A program made the position numbers and the translations under genes. Shown here one piece after another: positions 9,883-21,177 of a DNA stretch of 64,000 nt. How positions within the stretch are numbered: position 1 is the stretch's first letter; each line of letters begins with the position of its first letter. The notes under the pieces were generated by a model. That model saw only the letters and a program-made list of their open reading frames with translations, ran no database searches and was not told the DNA's origin. This stretch comes from Candidatus Kaiserbacteria bacterium (lineage in GTDB: Bacteria; Patescibacteriota; Minisyncoccia; Phycocordibacterales; UBA2100). The stretch covers positions 11,928 to 75,927 of the forward strand of contig JACPLC010000007.1 in the NCBI GenBank assembly GCA_016186695.1. The letters are read 5' to 3'.

Positions 9883-11673
9883 CTACAGTACTTCGTGCAG
9901 CCTCGCAATCCGCCTTGTCAACACGTTACACACAGACATATGCACAGCTACCTCCTCCTCGTTGCCCTGATGTTCCGCCCGCTTGAGCGCCGCGGTCGCC
10001 TCTGCAAGCTCGCGCGATAGCCGTTCTTTGAGGAGAACACTAAGGAGCGTCTTCGCCTCTGCTTTGAGCGCCAAGCTTCCGGCATACATCCGCTCTGCAC
10101 CGAATCGCAGTTTCTCCTGTTCTGTCGCTGAAAGCGATTCCAGTTCATCCATCGCCTCTTTTCCGAGGGCTTCTTCAAGCTCGCGCTCGTAAGCATCGAG
10201 ATCGAGCTCGGGCCTCGGAAGCGCCTTTTGCCAGAGCAATACCGAAAACGCCTGTCGCGGCCTGCCGAAGGAATCGGAACTCCTCTCCGGTTCTTCTTTG
10301 ACAGAATACAAATCGGCGATCGGTGTCTCGGGCAATTTTTCCATTTCCTCTTCGACCGCGCGCTCTGTCGAACCTGTCCTGCGGGTTATGTCGACAACGT
10401 AGCGATGGCGGGCGGAAGGATTCGGAATATCGCGGACGAACGGGAGCACTACCTGATTGACCGCGGCGTAAAAACGGTTTTTCTGTGGGAGATGTTTCTC
10501 GAGTGTGTTCAGGAGAAACTGAATAATATCCTCGGCGTCTCGTATTGCCGCGCGCCACGCCTCCGCTCCTTTTTTTCCGCCCGAGGCGGATCCGCCTTCG
10601 GCGGACAATATCAAATCGGCCGGATCAAGTCCGCTTGGAAGCGCCGCAACCTTCACGTTGAGCCCTGCCTGAAGAGCGGTGCGCGCACTCCGGCTCGCCG
10701 CCTTGATACCAGCCTCGTCTGCATCGAGCGCTATCACGAGGTTGTCCGTGAGGCGGTGAATGATAACGGCGTGCTCGGGCGTAAATGCCGTGCCGGAAAC
10801 GGCAATTGTATTTCCCCACCCGGCTTGATGTGAAGCCAGAAGATCAATCTGCCCTTCCACCAAGACGGCGCAGTTGTGCTTCCGGATGGAGAGCTTTGCT
10901 TTGTCGAGACCGTAGAGAACACGTGATTTGTGGAAGAGCGGTGTTTCGGGAGAGTTCATGTACTTAGGCGGAACAAAGCTGCCGTCCGTTTTCTCCGCCT
11001 GCCCCGTAGCCAAGTCCGAAGGACTTGTGGTACCGGGGAAAATGCGCCCCGAGAATGCAACAATGCGGCCGGCAGAATCGGCAATCGGAAACATAATACG
11101 GTTGCGGAATTTATCATTCAGGCCGCCGCGCTCAGTTCGTTTTGCTACTCCCGCCTCGAGTATCTCCTTTTCAGAAAACTTTTTGTTCTTTAGATGCTCA
11201 GCAAGGTCACTCCATCCGGCACCTGCATATCCGAGGCGGAACGTTTTGACGGTCTTGTCGTTGACACCTCGCTCGTGGAGATACTTCCGGACATCATCGT
11301 TTAACTGCGATGCATAGAAAATTGTTGCGACTTCCATGAGCTCGAAAAGACGGTCACGTTCGTCTTTCTCATGCTTGTCTCCCCGCCCGTAGACAAGAGG
11401 CACACCGGCCTTTTCGGCAAGCACCTTTAAGGCGCCCTTGAAATCCAGTCCTTCGATTTGCTCCACAAAGGAAAAAATGTCACCTCCTACATTGCAGCCA
11501 AAACAGTGGTACGTGCCGCGCTCGGGCGAAACGAAGAACGATGGTGTGCGCTCCGCGTGGAATGGACATCGCGCGCGCAGATTCGCTCCGCTGCGCTCCA
11601 ACTTTACGTATTGCGAAACAACATCGACGATCGAGAGTTTGTCTTTCACCTGCTGAACTGTGTCTGACATCAT
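9883..11673 (-). CDS. dnaG: DNA primase
   Basis: CPFH..C..C zinc finger, FRNRIMFPI, KYMNSPET, TOPRIM VEG..D / DADEAG. Confidence 0.97.
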   Translation of the reverse strand: MMSDTVQQVKDKLSIVDVVSQYVKLERSGANLRARCPFHAERTPSFFVSPERGTYHCFGCNVGGDIFSFVEQIEGLDFKGALKVLAEKAGVPLVYGRGDKHEKDERDRLFELMEVATIFYASQLNDDVRKYLHERGVNDKTVKTFRLGYAGAGWSDLAEHLKNKKFSEKEILEAGVAKRTERGGLNDKFRNRIMFPIADSAGRIVAFSGRIFPGTTSPSDLATGQAEKTDGSFVPPKYMNSPETPLFHKSRVLYGLDKAKLSIRKHNCAVLVEGQIDLLASHQAGWGNTIAVSGTAFTPEHAVIIHRLTDNLVIALDADEAGIKAASRSARTALQAGLNVKVAALPSGLDPADLILSAEGGSASGGKKGAEAWRAAIRDAEDIIQFLLNTLEKHLPQKNRFYAAVNQVVLPFVRDIPNPSARHRYVVDITRRTGSTERAVEEEMEKLPETPIADLYSVKEEPERSSDSFGRPRQAFSVLLWQKALPRPELDLDAYERELEEALGKEAMDELESLSATEQEKLRFGAERMYAGSLALKAEAKTLLSVLLKERLSRELAEATAALKRAEHQGNEEEVAVHMSVCNVLTRRIARLHEVL

Positions 11674-11801
11674 GACCTCCTATTATGCCTCAATCATCCT
11701 CCATTGCACTTTTGGCAGAGAGCGTCGGATGGTACTCTATGGATTGCCTCTGGAAACCCTCTGGAGGAAATGGTCTTGCACTCTAACCCTGGGAGAGGAA
11801 G

Positions 11802-12602
11802 ATGAGAAAAAGGAATGTCCCGGGGTGCATATGCATTACTCCGGACGGCAACAGGCGCGCATGGCGCCGGAAAAGGTGGCTCTGGAAACTGCTAAAGCGC
11901 GAGACGAACGCACACGAGCGCGGCTTGGTGGCATCGAGAAGGATAATCCAAGCTGCATTGGACGCAGGCGTCAAGCATGTCGTGCTGTGGGCGGCGTCTG
12001 AATCGAACATCGTAAGTAGGAAGCCCGAAGAAATCAGGATTCTGATCGGGCTCCTCAAAAGCGAGCTGCGTGCGCGGGAAGCGGAGAGTATGACGGACAT
12101 CGAGATAGAGAAAAACCGTTTCCGGCTCTGCGGCAACTGGCGTGCCTATATCGACGATCCGGAGCTCGAAGAGTTGGTGCAGCGTGCGGAAGAGAAGACC
12201 GCAGAACATACCGACCGCACACTTACTATACTCTTTTCCTACTCCGGAGAGACCGAGGTGGCGGAAGCGCATAGAAGCCTCGTGCTTTCAGGAGAGGTAA
12301 CCCTCGAAGAACTGAGGATCCTATCCACCGAAGAACTTAAGGGGCGCGAGCGGAAGCACCTGTGGACCGCACACGTGCCGAACGTGGACCTGCATATCAG
12401 AACGGGAGTGAGACGAAAGAGAAGTTTCCCGAATTTCGTGTTCGGGAAGTTGTCTCCGAACGCCTCGGACCCCCTGCTCCCGATCCAAACCCAAAATACA
12501 GTTCTCTACTTTACCGCGAGACTGTGGCCGAACTTCAGAGTACGGCATCTGAACCGCGCCTTCGCGGTCTGGAAAAAGCATCAGTTGAATCGCGGTGCTT
12601 AG
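11802..12602 (+). CDS. uppS: Undecaprenyl diphosphate synthase-like cis-prenyltransferase (divergent)
   Basis: PDGNRR, SESN..R, YSGETE, VDLHIRTG, LWPNF. Confidence 0.8.
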   Translation: MRKRNVPGCICITPDGNRRAWRRKRWLWKLLKRETNAHERGLVASRRIIQAALDAGVKHVVLWAASESNIVSRKPEEIRILIGLLKSELRAREAESMTDIEIEKNRFRLCGNWRAYIDDPELEELVQRAEEKTAEHTDRTLTILFSYSGETEVAEAHRSLVLSGEVTLEELRILSTEELKGRERKHLWTAHVPNVDLHIRTGVRRKRSFPNFVFGKLSPNASDPLLPIQTQNTVLYFTARLWPNFRVRHLNRAFAVWKKHQLNRGA

Positions 12603-12634
12603 GCGGCTCGGGTGAGCCGCCGTTTCTTTATGCG

Positions 12635-15600
12635 TTATCGCTCAACTCTCTCGCGCGGGGTTTCGGGTATCTCAAGCGGCTCTTGCGCTGAGATCTCGGC
12701 TTCCATCTGCTTGACCATCTCGTACTTCTTGCTTCCCTTGTATCCGGTACCGGCAGGGATAAGGCGGCCGATGATGACGTTTTCTTTGAGACCGACAAGA
12801 CGGTCCACCGCGCCCGAGACGGCCGCTTCGGCGAGTTTGCGCGGCGTGTTTTGGAAGGAGATCGCGGAGAGGAATGATGCGCGTGTGAGCGAAACTTCCG
12901 TGATGCCGAGAAGGAGCGGTTTCCCGCGCGCAGGTTCTTTGCCCGCCTCTTTCGCCTCTTTGTTGAGACGTTCGAATTCAAAGTCGGTAATGATATCCCC
13001 TGCGGAAATGCCCGTTTCTCCTGCATGGGTGACGGAGACACGAGAAAACATCTGCTTCACGATGACCTCGAGGTGCTTTCGCGCCGTCGAGACGCCCTGC
13101 AGTTCGTAGATGCGTGTGATCTCACTAATGATGTATTCCTGTGAGCGCTCGGAGCCCGCGAGCGCGAAGAGCTCTTCAAGGTCGGCAGAACCATCAGTGA
13201 GAAAGTCGCCCTTCGTAACATTTTCGCCTTCCTTAATGAGGATCTGACGCAACGGATGCACGCGGTATTCGGTCTCGCGCTTCGCAGCTCTCGTCGACTT
13301 TCCGGCCGCCTTGCCGGAACCTCCTTCGGGCAAGATAGTGATAATTGTTTCCTGCCCGTCTTTCACGATGTCAGAGACAACACCGGAAACACGTGCGATC
13401 ACTGCGGGAAGTTTTGGGATGCGGCATTCGAAGATCTCTTCAACGCGCGGCAAGCCCATCGTGATGTCGCCGCCCGCGGTCGCAACACCTCCCGTGTGGA
13501 AGGTGCGCATCGTGAGCTGGGTTCCCGGCTCGCCTATAGCCTGCGCTGCGACGACGCCGATTGCTTCACCGAGATCGACAAGTTCTCCCGTCGTGAGGTC
13601 GGTGCCGTAGCACATCTGGCATACTCCACGCGCGACTTTGCACGTCATCGGCGAGCGTACCGTCACCTCCTGCACACTGCCCTCCTCGAGGGCCTTGGCG
13701 TCGTCGCGGTGCAAAAGTGTGTTGCGTTTGTAGAGAGCGGCCTCCTCGGCGAGCACACGCCCCGTAATGCGTTCGGCAAACGAGCCGCCGATATCTTCCT
13801 TGCCGGGCCGGCGGATAACGACACCCTCTTTGGTGCCACAGTCATCCTCCAAGACGACAACGTCATGCGCGACATCAAAGAGACGCCGTGTGAGGTAGCC
13901 GGCGCGTGCGGTGTTGAGCGCAGTATCCGCCAAGCCCTTGCGTGCGCCATGCGTCGAGATGAAATACTCGATCGGAGAAAGTCCTTCTTTGTACGAGGAA
14001 AGGATCGGGAACTCGACGACCTCGCCGCGCGGGTTGGTGATGAGCCCCTTCATGCCTGCCATCTGGTGGAGCTGAACGACGGAGCCACGCGCGCCGGATT
14101 GGATCATGTCGTGCACAGGACCGGTTTTGTCGAGCGAATCGAGCACGTGCTTGCGCAGGTCGGCCGAAACCTTGCTCCAAATCTCGAGTGTCATCCTGCG
14201 ACGTTCCTCGTCGGTGAGAAGCCCCTCGCGGAAGTTGTCCTGTTCCTTCGCTGCCCTCTCGCGACCCTCGCGTACGAGCTCATCCTTTTTCTTCGGCACA
14301 ACCACATCGGAAAGAGACCACGTGATGCCGGCATAGGTCGCGTAGCGGAAACCGAACGCCTTGATCTTGTCGAGGATGGCGGGGATACCATCGAGCTTGT
14401 AGTGCGTCACGAGATCCTGCACGAGCCGCTGCATTCGCTTGTTGGTTATCTCCTCGTTGACGAAAGGAAAGTCGCTTGGCAAAACAGAGTTGAAGAGAAG
14501 ACGGCCAACCGTCGTTTCAAACACTTTGCCGCCGAAGTGCGCGTATTTTTTGCTGTCTCCTGGAAGCAGTTTTATTTTCGCGCGCAAATCGATCGCGCCG
14601 AAGTCGAAAGCGGTGATCGCTGCGTTCGTGGCCGGAAAACTCTGCCCCTCGCCTTTCGCACCCTCGAGCGCCTTTGTCATCCAGAAACAGCCAAGCACGA
14701 TATCGAGGAGCTTCGAGGCAACGACAACATCGCCGCTTCCCGGTTTCAGGATGTTTTTGTTGGCCGACATTATCTTCGCCGCTTCGAGCTGTGCTGCCTC
14801 CGAAAGCGGTACGTGCACGGCCATCGCGTCTCCGTCGAAGTCGGCGTTGTAGGCAGGACACACGAGAGGATGCACCTGGATCGCGTTTCCTTCGATGAGG
14901 ACGGGCCGGAACGCCTGAATAGACTGACGGTGAAGCGTCGGCGCGCGGTTCAAGAGCACGTGCTTGTCCATGATCGCATCTTCGAGGATGGGCCACACTT
15001 CCGGCGCCTCGTCTTCGATGAGGCGGCCGGCACCGCGGATGTTATAGGCAAGTTCGCGCGCAAGAAGTCCGCGTATAACGAACGGCCGGAAGAGCTCGAG
15101 AACCATGTGCTTCGGTAACCCACACTCATCGAGCGCGAGATCGGGGCCGACAACGATGACCGAGCGACCGGAATAGTCGACACGCTTGCCGAGGAGGTTT
15201 TGCCGCAGATAGCCGTGCTTGCCCTTCAAGTAGTCGGCCAAGGATTTCAGCGCGCGGCGCCGGCCGCCTAAGATGCCAAGTACACCCGCACCACGACGCA
15301 TTGAGTTGTCCAAAAGTGCGTCGACTGCCTCCTGCAGAATACGCTTTTCATTGCGCAAAATGACGTCTGGCGCGTGAATCGCGAGGAGTCGCTTCAAGCG
15401 GTTGTTGCGGTTGATTACGCGACGATAGAGATCATTCAAATCAGAAGACGCATGACGGCCGCCTTCAAGCGCGACCATCGGGCGAAGTGCAGGCGGCACG
15501 ACGGGAAGACGTGTGATGAACATCCACTCGGGTCGCACGTTTGCCCGCGAAAGACTCTCCGCAAGCGACAAGCGCTTTCGTGCCTTGTCACGTTCTGCGG

Positions 15601-16333
15601 CAGAGGCATTCTCAAATTCCTCCTTGAGTTTTTTTACGAACTCGTCGAGATTTGTCTTTGTGAGTATGTTGTAGAGCGCCTCTGCGCCGATGGCTGCGCG
15701 GAACATTGCGCCGTACTTGACGGCAAAGAGGTGGTAGGCAGCCTCGTCGAGAACAGCGCCGATCTGGAGAGAATCGATCTCCTTCTTCGCTTTCGTTGCC
15801 TTTTCCTTGAGGGTGGTTTTTGTTTCGGCCCCCTCTGCAGCCTTCATCTTCGACTGAAATTCCTGCTCAAGATCCTTGAGAAGCCGCGTACGCTCATCCT
15901 CGTCCACATGTGTGACGATGTAGCCGGCAAAATACACGACTTTCTCCACTTCCGCCGCCGAAAGGCCGAGCATGAGAGCGATGCGTGAGGGGATCCCACG
16001 CAAAAACCAAATGTGTGCGACCGGAGTCGCAAGGTCAATGTGCCCCATGCGCTCCCTGCGCACGATCGAACGCGTGATCTCCACACCGCACTTTTCGCAC
16101 ACGATGCCGCGGAAACGAATGCCGCGGTACTTGCCACAGTAGCACTCGTAATCTTTTTCAGGGCCGAAGACACGCTCGTCGAAAAGGCCGTTCTTCTCCG
16201 GCCGCTGGGTGCGGTAGTTGATGGTTTCGGGTTTTGTGATCTCGCCGTACGACCAATCTCCGATGCGATCGGGAGAAGCGAGCCGCATCGCAACTGCTTC
16301 GAAACTCTGCGGAATAATGTCTTTCTTTTTCAT
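12635..16333 (-). CDS. rpoC: RNA polymerase beta' subunit
   Basis: [32 protein letters not shown]; start MKKKD at 16333 just after rpoB stop. Confidence 0.98.
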   Translation of the reverse strand: MKKKDIIPQSFEAVAMRLASPDRIGDWSYGEITKPETINYRTQRPEKNGLFDERVFGPEKDYECYCGKYRGIRFRGIVCEKCGVEITRSIVRRERMGHIDLATPVAHIWFLRGIPSRIALMLGLSAAEVEKVVYFAGYIVTHVDEDERTRLLKDLEQEFQSKMKAAEGAETKTTLKEKATKAKKEIDSLQIGAVLDEAAYHLFAVKYGAMFRAAIGAEALYNILTKTNLDEFVKKLKEEFENASAAERDKARKRLSLAESLSRANVRPEWMFITRLPVVPPALRPMVALEGGRHASSDLNDLYRRVINRNNRLKRLLAIHAPDVILRNEKRILQEAVDALLDNSMRRGAGVLGILGGRRRALKSLADYLKGKHGYLRQNLLGKRVDYSGRSVIVVGPDLALDECGLPKHMVLELFRPFVIRGLLARELAYNIRGAGRLIEDEAPEVWPILEDAIMDKHVLLNRAPTLHRQSIQAFRPVLIEGNAIQVHPLVCPAYNADFDGDAMAVHVPLSEAAQLEAAKIMSANKNILKPGSGDVVVASKLLDIVLGCFWMTKALEGAKGEGQSFPATNAAITAFDFGAIDLRAKIKLLPGDSKKYAHFGGKVFETTVGRLLFNSVLPSDFPFVNEEITNKRMQRLVQDLVTHYKLDGIPAILDKIKAFGFRYATYAGITWSLSDVVVPKKKDELVREGRERAAKEQDNFREGLLTDEERRRMTLEIWSKVSADLRKHVLDSLDKTGPVHDMIQSGARGSVVQLHQMAGMKGLITNPRGEVVEFPILSSYKEGLSPIEYFISTHGARKGLADTALNTARAGYLTRRLFDVAHDVVVLEDDCGTKEGVVIRRPGKEDIGGSFAERITGRVLAEEAALYKRNTLLHRDDAKALEEGSVQEVTVRSPMTCKVARGVCQMCYGTDLTTGELVDLGEAIGVVAAQAIGEPGTQLTMRTFHTGGVATAGGDITMGLPRVEEIFECRIPKLPAVIARVSGVVSDIVKDGQETIITILPEGGSGKAAGKSTRAAKRETEYRVHPLRQILIKEGENVTKGDFLTDGSADLEELFALAGSERSQEYIISEITRIYELQGVSTARKHLEVIVKQMFSRVSVTHAGETGISAGDIITDFEFERLNKEAKEAGKEPARGKPLLLGITEVSLTRASFLSAISFQNTPRKLAEAAVSGAVDRLVGLKENVIIGRLIPAGTGYKGSKKYEMVKQMEAEISAQEPLEIPETPRERVER

Positions 16334-16334
16334 A

Positions 16335-19300
16335 TTAGCGTCTACTCTCAAAGCGCTCTCCCCCGATAAATTCGACGTCAATGCCCAAGCCGCGGAGGTG
16401 CCGTACGAGGACATTGAAGGTCGCTGGTGTGTGCGATTCGGTGATGCGCTTTCCCGAAACGATCGCGTCAAACGCTGCCGAGCGTCCGAGAATGTCATCG
16501 GATTTGTAGGTGAGGATTTCGCGCAGAGAGTGCGCCGCGCCGTATCCGAGAAAAGCCCACACCTCCATTTCCCCCACACGCTGGCCGCCGTTTTGCGCCT
16601 TGCCGCCCAAAGGCTGCTGGGTGGTGAGTGAGTACGGACCGATCGAGCGCATGTGGATCTTGTCTTCCACCATGTGGTGGAGCTTCAACATGTACATGAT
16701 GCCGACGGCAACCGGCTGGGCGAAGGCCTCCCCGGTGCGACCGTCAAAAAGCACGCGCTTGCCGCTTTCGTGCAAGCCTGCCTCCTTTAGCTCGGTCCTG
16801 ATCTCCTCCTCAGAGGCACCCGCAAACGAAGGCACGATCGCCTGATACCCGAGACTTTCTGCGGCAAGCCCTAAGTGGAGCTCGAGGATTTGCCCGAGGT
16901 TCATACGCGATGGCACACCCAAAGGCGTCAAAATGATGTCCACAGGATTCCCCTGCTCATCAAACGGCATGTCCTCCTCGGGAAGCACGCGCGAGATGAC
17001 ACCCTTGTTGCCGTGACGGCCCGCAAGTTTGTCGCCGACGGCGACCGTGCGGAGCTGGGCGACCTCGACATGCACGCGCTTGATGACACCGCTTTCAAGC
17101 TGGTCGCCATTCTCGCGCGAAAAGAGTTTAACGCCGACGACTCTGCCACGCTTTCCGCCCTCCATCCGAAGCGAGGTGTCTTTCACATCTTTGGCCTTCT
17201 CGCCGAAAATGGCATGGAGGAGACGCTCTTCCGGCGTGAGCTGTGTCTCGCCTTTTGGCGTCACCTTCCCTACCAAAATGTCGCCGGGGCGCACCTCCGC
17301 ACCGATCCTGATGATGCCGTCCTCATCGAGGTTGCGAAGCTTGAATTCGGAAACGTTCGGAATATCGTGCGTCGTTACTTCGGGCCCGAGCTTCGTGTCG
17401 CGGACGATGCAGACAAACTCCTCCATGTGGATGGAGGAAAAGCGTCCCTCTTTCGCAAGCCGCTCAGAAATAACGATTGCATCTTCAAAGTTCGCACCAA
17501 ACCACGGCAAAAATGCCACGCGGACACTCTGCCCCAAAGCGAGCTGTCCGCCGACGGAGGTCGAGGTGTCTGCAAGTATCGTCCCCTTCTTCACCGCCTC
17601 CTCGACGGAGACAAGCGGACGCTGATGGAAGGTCGTAAAGCCATTCGTGCGCTGGAAATTGACGAGAGGGTATTCCTTTGTTTTTCCGTCTGCGTTCTTC
17701 ACTTTGACGAGTGACGCGTCTACATAGGTGACCTCGCCCGCTTCTTCTGCGATAACGAGCCGTCCCGAGTCGCGGGCAGCAGCGGCTTCCACGCCGGTTG
17801 CGACCAAGGGAGCTTCCGGTACAACGAGGGGCACCGCCTGCTTCTGCATGTTCGAACCCATCAGGGCGCGGTTGGCGTCATCGTTTTCCACAAAGGGAAT
17901 CAGCGAGGTTGCAACGGAAAAGAGCTGGTTCGTCGCAACTTCAAGAAAATTCACTTCTTCGCGCTTCACGATCATCGGTGCGCCCGCTTTTCTTACATCC
18001 ACAAACTTCTGGGTAATGCGGCCATCTTCGTCGCGCTCCGTTGCAGCGTGCGCGATCGCGTGGCTCTCCTCCTCGAGGGCGTTCAGGTAGACGATCTCCT
18101 TGGTCACGTGACCTTTCTCCACTTTGGCGTACGGCGTTTCGATGATGCCGAATTCGTTCGGCCGCGCATAGAGCGACATGTGAAGCACAAGCCCGATGTT
18201 CTTGCCTTCAGGCGTGTGAATGGGGCAGACGCGGCCATAGTGCGAGGAGTGCACGTCGCGTACTTCCAATCCCGCGCGCTCCGAGGTGAGACCGCCGCGG
18301 CCAAGTGTTGAGAGCGTCCGTAGGTGCTCTATCTCATCCAAGGTGTTGTACTGCTGCATCAGCTGCGAGAGCTGGTCTGTCGTGAAGAATTCGCGAACCG
18401 CCGCCTGAAACGGCCGCGGGTTTACGAAATGAACCGGCAGTGAGGTCGTAGGATCAACCATCGCCATCCGGTCCTGGATATTGCGCTTCATGCGCGAAAG
18501 GCCGACACGCATGCGCTGCTCCAGAAGCTCGCCGACGAATCGCACGCGACGAAAACCAAGGTGGTCGATATCGTCTGGAAGGGCCGCCGGGTTGTCGTTC
18601 GATTCCGCAATGTGCGATACGATGCGGACAACGTCCTCGACATTCAGGGTCTGGCGCTCGAGGTCTTTGTGCGAGCTGGAAAGCCCAAACCGGCGGTTGA
18701 AGTGGAACCGGCCGACCCTCGAGAGATCGTATCGCTCGGGAGATAAAATAGCCTGCACATGCTCGCGCGCGCTCTCCGGGGTCGCGATGTCGCCATCGCG
18801 GAGCCGCCGGTAGATCTCAACGAATGCCTCCTCGAGCGTTTGCGCGTGATCGTGCGCAAGCGTGGCCGCAATCGCCTCGGAAGCAGAGCGAGATTTTTCA
18901 AAACGCCCGCGAAGTTCTTTCTCGGTCGCGAGCCCGAGAACACGCAGGAGCGCCGTTACAGGAAAGCGGCGCTTGCGGTCGATCTTCACATAGATACCGC
19001 CGTCGGGGTCGGATTCGAGTTCGATCCAAACACCGCGCGAGGGAATAATTTTTGCCGCGAAGTAGTTTTTTCCTTTGTAGGGAACGGTTTCAAAAAATAC
19101 ACCGTAGCTTCGCGCGAGCTGCGGCACTACGATACGCTCGACACCGTTGATGATGAAAGAGCCGTGCGCCGTCATCCACGGAAAATCAGCGAGAAAAATC
19201 TCCTGCTCTTTCTCCGTACCCGTGGTTTTGTTTTTGAGACGGACAACGACCGAAAGCGGCGCCTCATAGGTGCGCATGGATTTCTTCGCAAAATGCTCAT

Positions 19301-19520
19301 CCCAGCGCAGATCGCTAAAAGAAAACTTCATCAGCTTGAGCTCAAACTTTTTTCCCGAGTGGTCGGCGATTGGGAAAAATTCGCCGAAAACGCGCTCTGC
19401 CCCACCCCCGATGAACTCACGGAAAGAGGCAAGCTGGGAATCGACGAGCGAAGGGAGCTTCACGAGAGGTTCCCTAAACGCTCCAAAGTATTTCTGCGGC
19501 CGCGGCTTTGTTTTTCTCAT
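16335..19520 (-). CDS. rpoB: RNA polymerase beta subunit
   Basis: GDKLAGRHGNKG, RALMGSNMQKQ, GGQRVGEME. Confidence 0.98.
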   Translation of the reverse strand: MRKTKPRPQKYFGAFREPLVKLPSLVDSQLASFREFIGGGAERVFGEFFPIADHSGKKFELKLMKFSFSDLRWDEHFAKKSMRTYEAPLSVVVRLKNKTTGTEKEQEIFLADFPWMTAHGSFIINGVERIVVPQLARSYGVFFETVPYKGKNYFAAKIIPSRGVWIELESDPDGGIYVKIDRKRRFPVTALLRVLGLATEKELRGRFEKSRSASEAIAATLAHDHAQTLEEAFVEIYRRLRDGDIATPESAREHVQAILSPERYDLSRVGRFHFNRRFGLSSSHKDLERQTLNVEDVVRIVSHIAESNDNPAALPDDIDHLGFRRVRFVGELLEQRMRVGLSRMKRNIQDRMAMVDPTTSLPVHFVNPRPFQAAVREFFTTDQLSQLMQQYNTLDEIEHLRTLSTLGRGGLTSERAGLEVRDVHSSHYGRVCPIHTPEGKNIGLVLHMSLYARPNEFGIIETPYAKVEKGHVTKEIVYLNALEEESHAIAHAATERDEDGRITQKFVDVRKAGAPMIVKREEVNFLEVATNQLFSVATSLIPFVENDDANRALMGSNMQKQAVPLVVPEAPLVATGVEAAAARDSGRLVIAEEAGEVTYVDASLVKVKNADGKTKEYPLVNFQRTNGFTTFHQRPLVSVEEAVKKGTILADTSTSVGGQLALGQSVRVAFLPWFGANFEDAIVISERLAKEGRFSSIHMEEFVCIVRDTKLGPEVTTHDIPNVSEFKLRNLDEDGIIRIGAEVRPGDILVGKVTPKGETQLTPEERLLHAIFGEKAKDVKDTSLRMEGGKRGRVVGVKLFSRENGDQLESGVIKRVHVEVAQLRTVAVGDKLAGRHGNKGVISRVLPEEDMPFDEQGNPVDIILTPLGVPSRMNLGQILELHLGLAAESLGYQAIVPSFAGASEEEIRTELKEAGLHESGKRVLFDGRTGEAFAQPVAVGIMYMLKLHHMVEDKIHMRSIGPYSLTTQQPLGGKAQNGGQRVGEMEVWAFLGYGAAHSLREILTYKSDDILGRSAAFDAIVSGKRITESHTPATFNVLVRHLRGLGIDVEFIGGERFESRR

Positions 19521-19644
19521 TACGCAACAAGCTACCCGTACAACGCTTTAGGCGCTGCAGGTATGAACGATATTAAATTTTTATTCAAATCCGTTTGCCG
19601 AAGCGCAGCCGCAACACAATCGAGCTTAGAGCAAATGTCGGGAC

Positions 19645-19673
19645 AATATATAGGAAGGGTTTTGGCGTGTCAA
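19645..19673 (-). promoter_or_regulatory. sigma70 promoter of rpoBC
   Basis: TTGACA-N17-TATATT on the minus strand. Confidence 0.7.
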
Positions 19674-19695
19674 CCCCTTACACGGCCCGGTGGGG

Positions 19696-20343
19696 CTAAG
19701 CCTTTCGGCGTTTCTTCTTCCACGCGTCAATATTTGCGTGGTGCCCGGAACGAAGGACCGAAGGCACTTTGTACTTTTTGCCCTTCCACACCAGCGTTTC
19801 CGGGCGTGTATAGACTTCTGGGCTTGCGACACGGCCCGCTTCGAGCGATTCGGCTTTGCCCAAGACATTAGGAACAAAACGCGAAACGGCATCGATTACA
19901 GTTGCCGCCGGAAGCTCGCCGCCCGTGAGGATGTATGGACCCATCGAGACTTTTTTTGCTTTTAAAATTTTCGCGACTCGCTCATCGATGCCCTCGTAAT
20001 GGCCTGCGATAAGAAGGATAGCTTTTTTCTTTGACAACTTCTTTGCCATCGTCTCATCAAACTGCTTTCCGTCGGTGGAAAAAAATATTTTCTCCGGTTT
20101 ACCCTGAGCTCGTCGAAGGGCTTTTTCTGCGGCACGCAAGATTGCATCCGGCTCCAAGACCATCCCTGGCCCTCCGCCATACGGTCGTCTGTCCACTCTG
20201 CCATATTTGTCCCGCGTAAACTTCTTCGGATCGTAAAAGGAGATTTTTATCTTCTTCGCCTTCTGCGCACGACCAATAATCGAGCTCTTGAGGTAGGGCT
20301 CGATCGAATCAGGAAACAGGGTGATTATATGGAAGTGGATCAT
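19696..20343 (-). CDS. trmD: tRNA m1G37 methyltransferase
   Basis: PYGGGPGMVL, GHYEGIDER, LTGGE, YTRP. Confidence 0.96.
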   Translation of the reverse strand: MIHFHIITLFPDSIEPYLKSSIIGRAQKAKKIKISFYDPKKFTRDKYGRVDRRPYGGGPGMVLEPDAILRAAEKALRRAQGKPEKIFFSTDGKQFDETMAKKLSKKKAILLIAGHYEGIDERVAKILKAKKVSMGPYILTGGELPAATVIDAVSRFVPNVLGKAESLEAGRVASPEVYTRPETLVWKGKKYKVPSVLRSGHHANIDAWKKKRRKA

Positions 20344-20654
20344 CCTTCCGCCTTCAGGTCGTTGATGACATCATCGACCGAGCGGTCTTGCGAGAACGTT
20401 CGCTCGCTTCCCTCCGGCTCCTCGATTTTGAGATTTACCCGCGCGTCGTTCTTCATACCGACGACGCGAAGGATGGTGCGAATCGCCTTCGCCGTCTGCC
20501 CGGAGCGACCAATAACCTTCCCCATGTCGTCTTTGTGCACGGAGAGCGTGAGAAGCACGCCCATCTCGTCCACCGTGCGGTTAATTTTGACGTCGTTTGG
20601 ATTGTCTACCAATGCCTTCACAACGTACTCCAGAAATTGCTGATCCCGTTCCAT
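20340..20654 (-). CDS. khpA: KH-domain RNA-binding protein
   Basis: DMGKVIGRSGQTAKAIRT; rpsP-KH-trmD synteny. Confidence 0.9.
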   Translation of the reverse strand: MERDQQFLEYVVKALVDNPNDVKINRTVDEMGVLLTLSVHKDDMGKVIGRSGQTAKAIRTILRVVGMKNDARVNLKIEEPEGSERTFSQDRSVDDVINDLKAEG

Positions 20655-20700
20655 ACCGAATAGTCTGTAGTTAGTAGTAAGTAGTCAGTAGTATAGCAAA

Positions 20701-21150
20701 CTACTCCTTTTTTTCACCTGCTGCCTCAGCTACTGCTTCAGCTGCAGCTTGTGGCTCATCTTTCAACTCAGGTGCGGGAACTTCCTCCTTTGGAGCTTCT
20801 TGTGGTGAGCTTGTCGAATCCGCGGCGGCGACTTCCTTGCCCTCCGTAGCTTCAGCGGAGGAGGGCTCCTTTTGGGGAGGGCTTTTCTTGGGCAACACGT
20901 TCACTTTCTTTCCCTCGATGATACCTGTCGAAATGAGCATGTTATGCATGGTGCCGGAAGCCTTCGCGCCCACCGAGAGCCAGTACTTGATGCGGTCGGT
21001 ATTCAAATTGCGCTCCTTTGTCTTCGGGTTGTAGGTGCCGAGCTTCTCGACAATATTTCCCGTCTTCGGGCTTTCGGTGTGCTCGGTCACAATAATGCGA
21101 AACGTCGGCATGTTCGTCCTGCCGGTCCGTTGCATCCTGATCTTCAACAT
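20701..21150 (-). CDS. rpsP: 30S ribosomal protein S16 with acidic tail
   Basis: MLKIRMQRTGR, EKLGTYNP, YWLSVGA. Confidence 0.96.
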   Translation of the reverse strand: MLKIRMQRTGRTNMPTFRIIVTEHTESPKTGNIVEKLGTYNPKTKERNLNTDRIKYWLSVGAKASGTMHNMLISTGIIEGKKVNVLPKKSPPQKEPSSAEATEGKEVAAADSTSSPQEAPKEEVPAPELKDEPQAAAEAVAEAAGEKKE

Positions 21151-21177
21151 AACCGCGACACTCTACACAAAATGTGC

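Noticed and set aside
13256-15118. Long antisense ORFs (620 aa in rpoC, 469 aa over thrS, 311 aa over DAHP synthase)
   Set aside because: Shadow ORFs of GC-rich conserved genes with no recognisable motifs
16334-16579. rpoB-rpoC overlap or N-terminal extension of RpoC
   Set aside because: Artefact of longest-ORF calling; ATG 16333 follows the rpoB stop and gives a normal N-terminus
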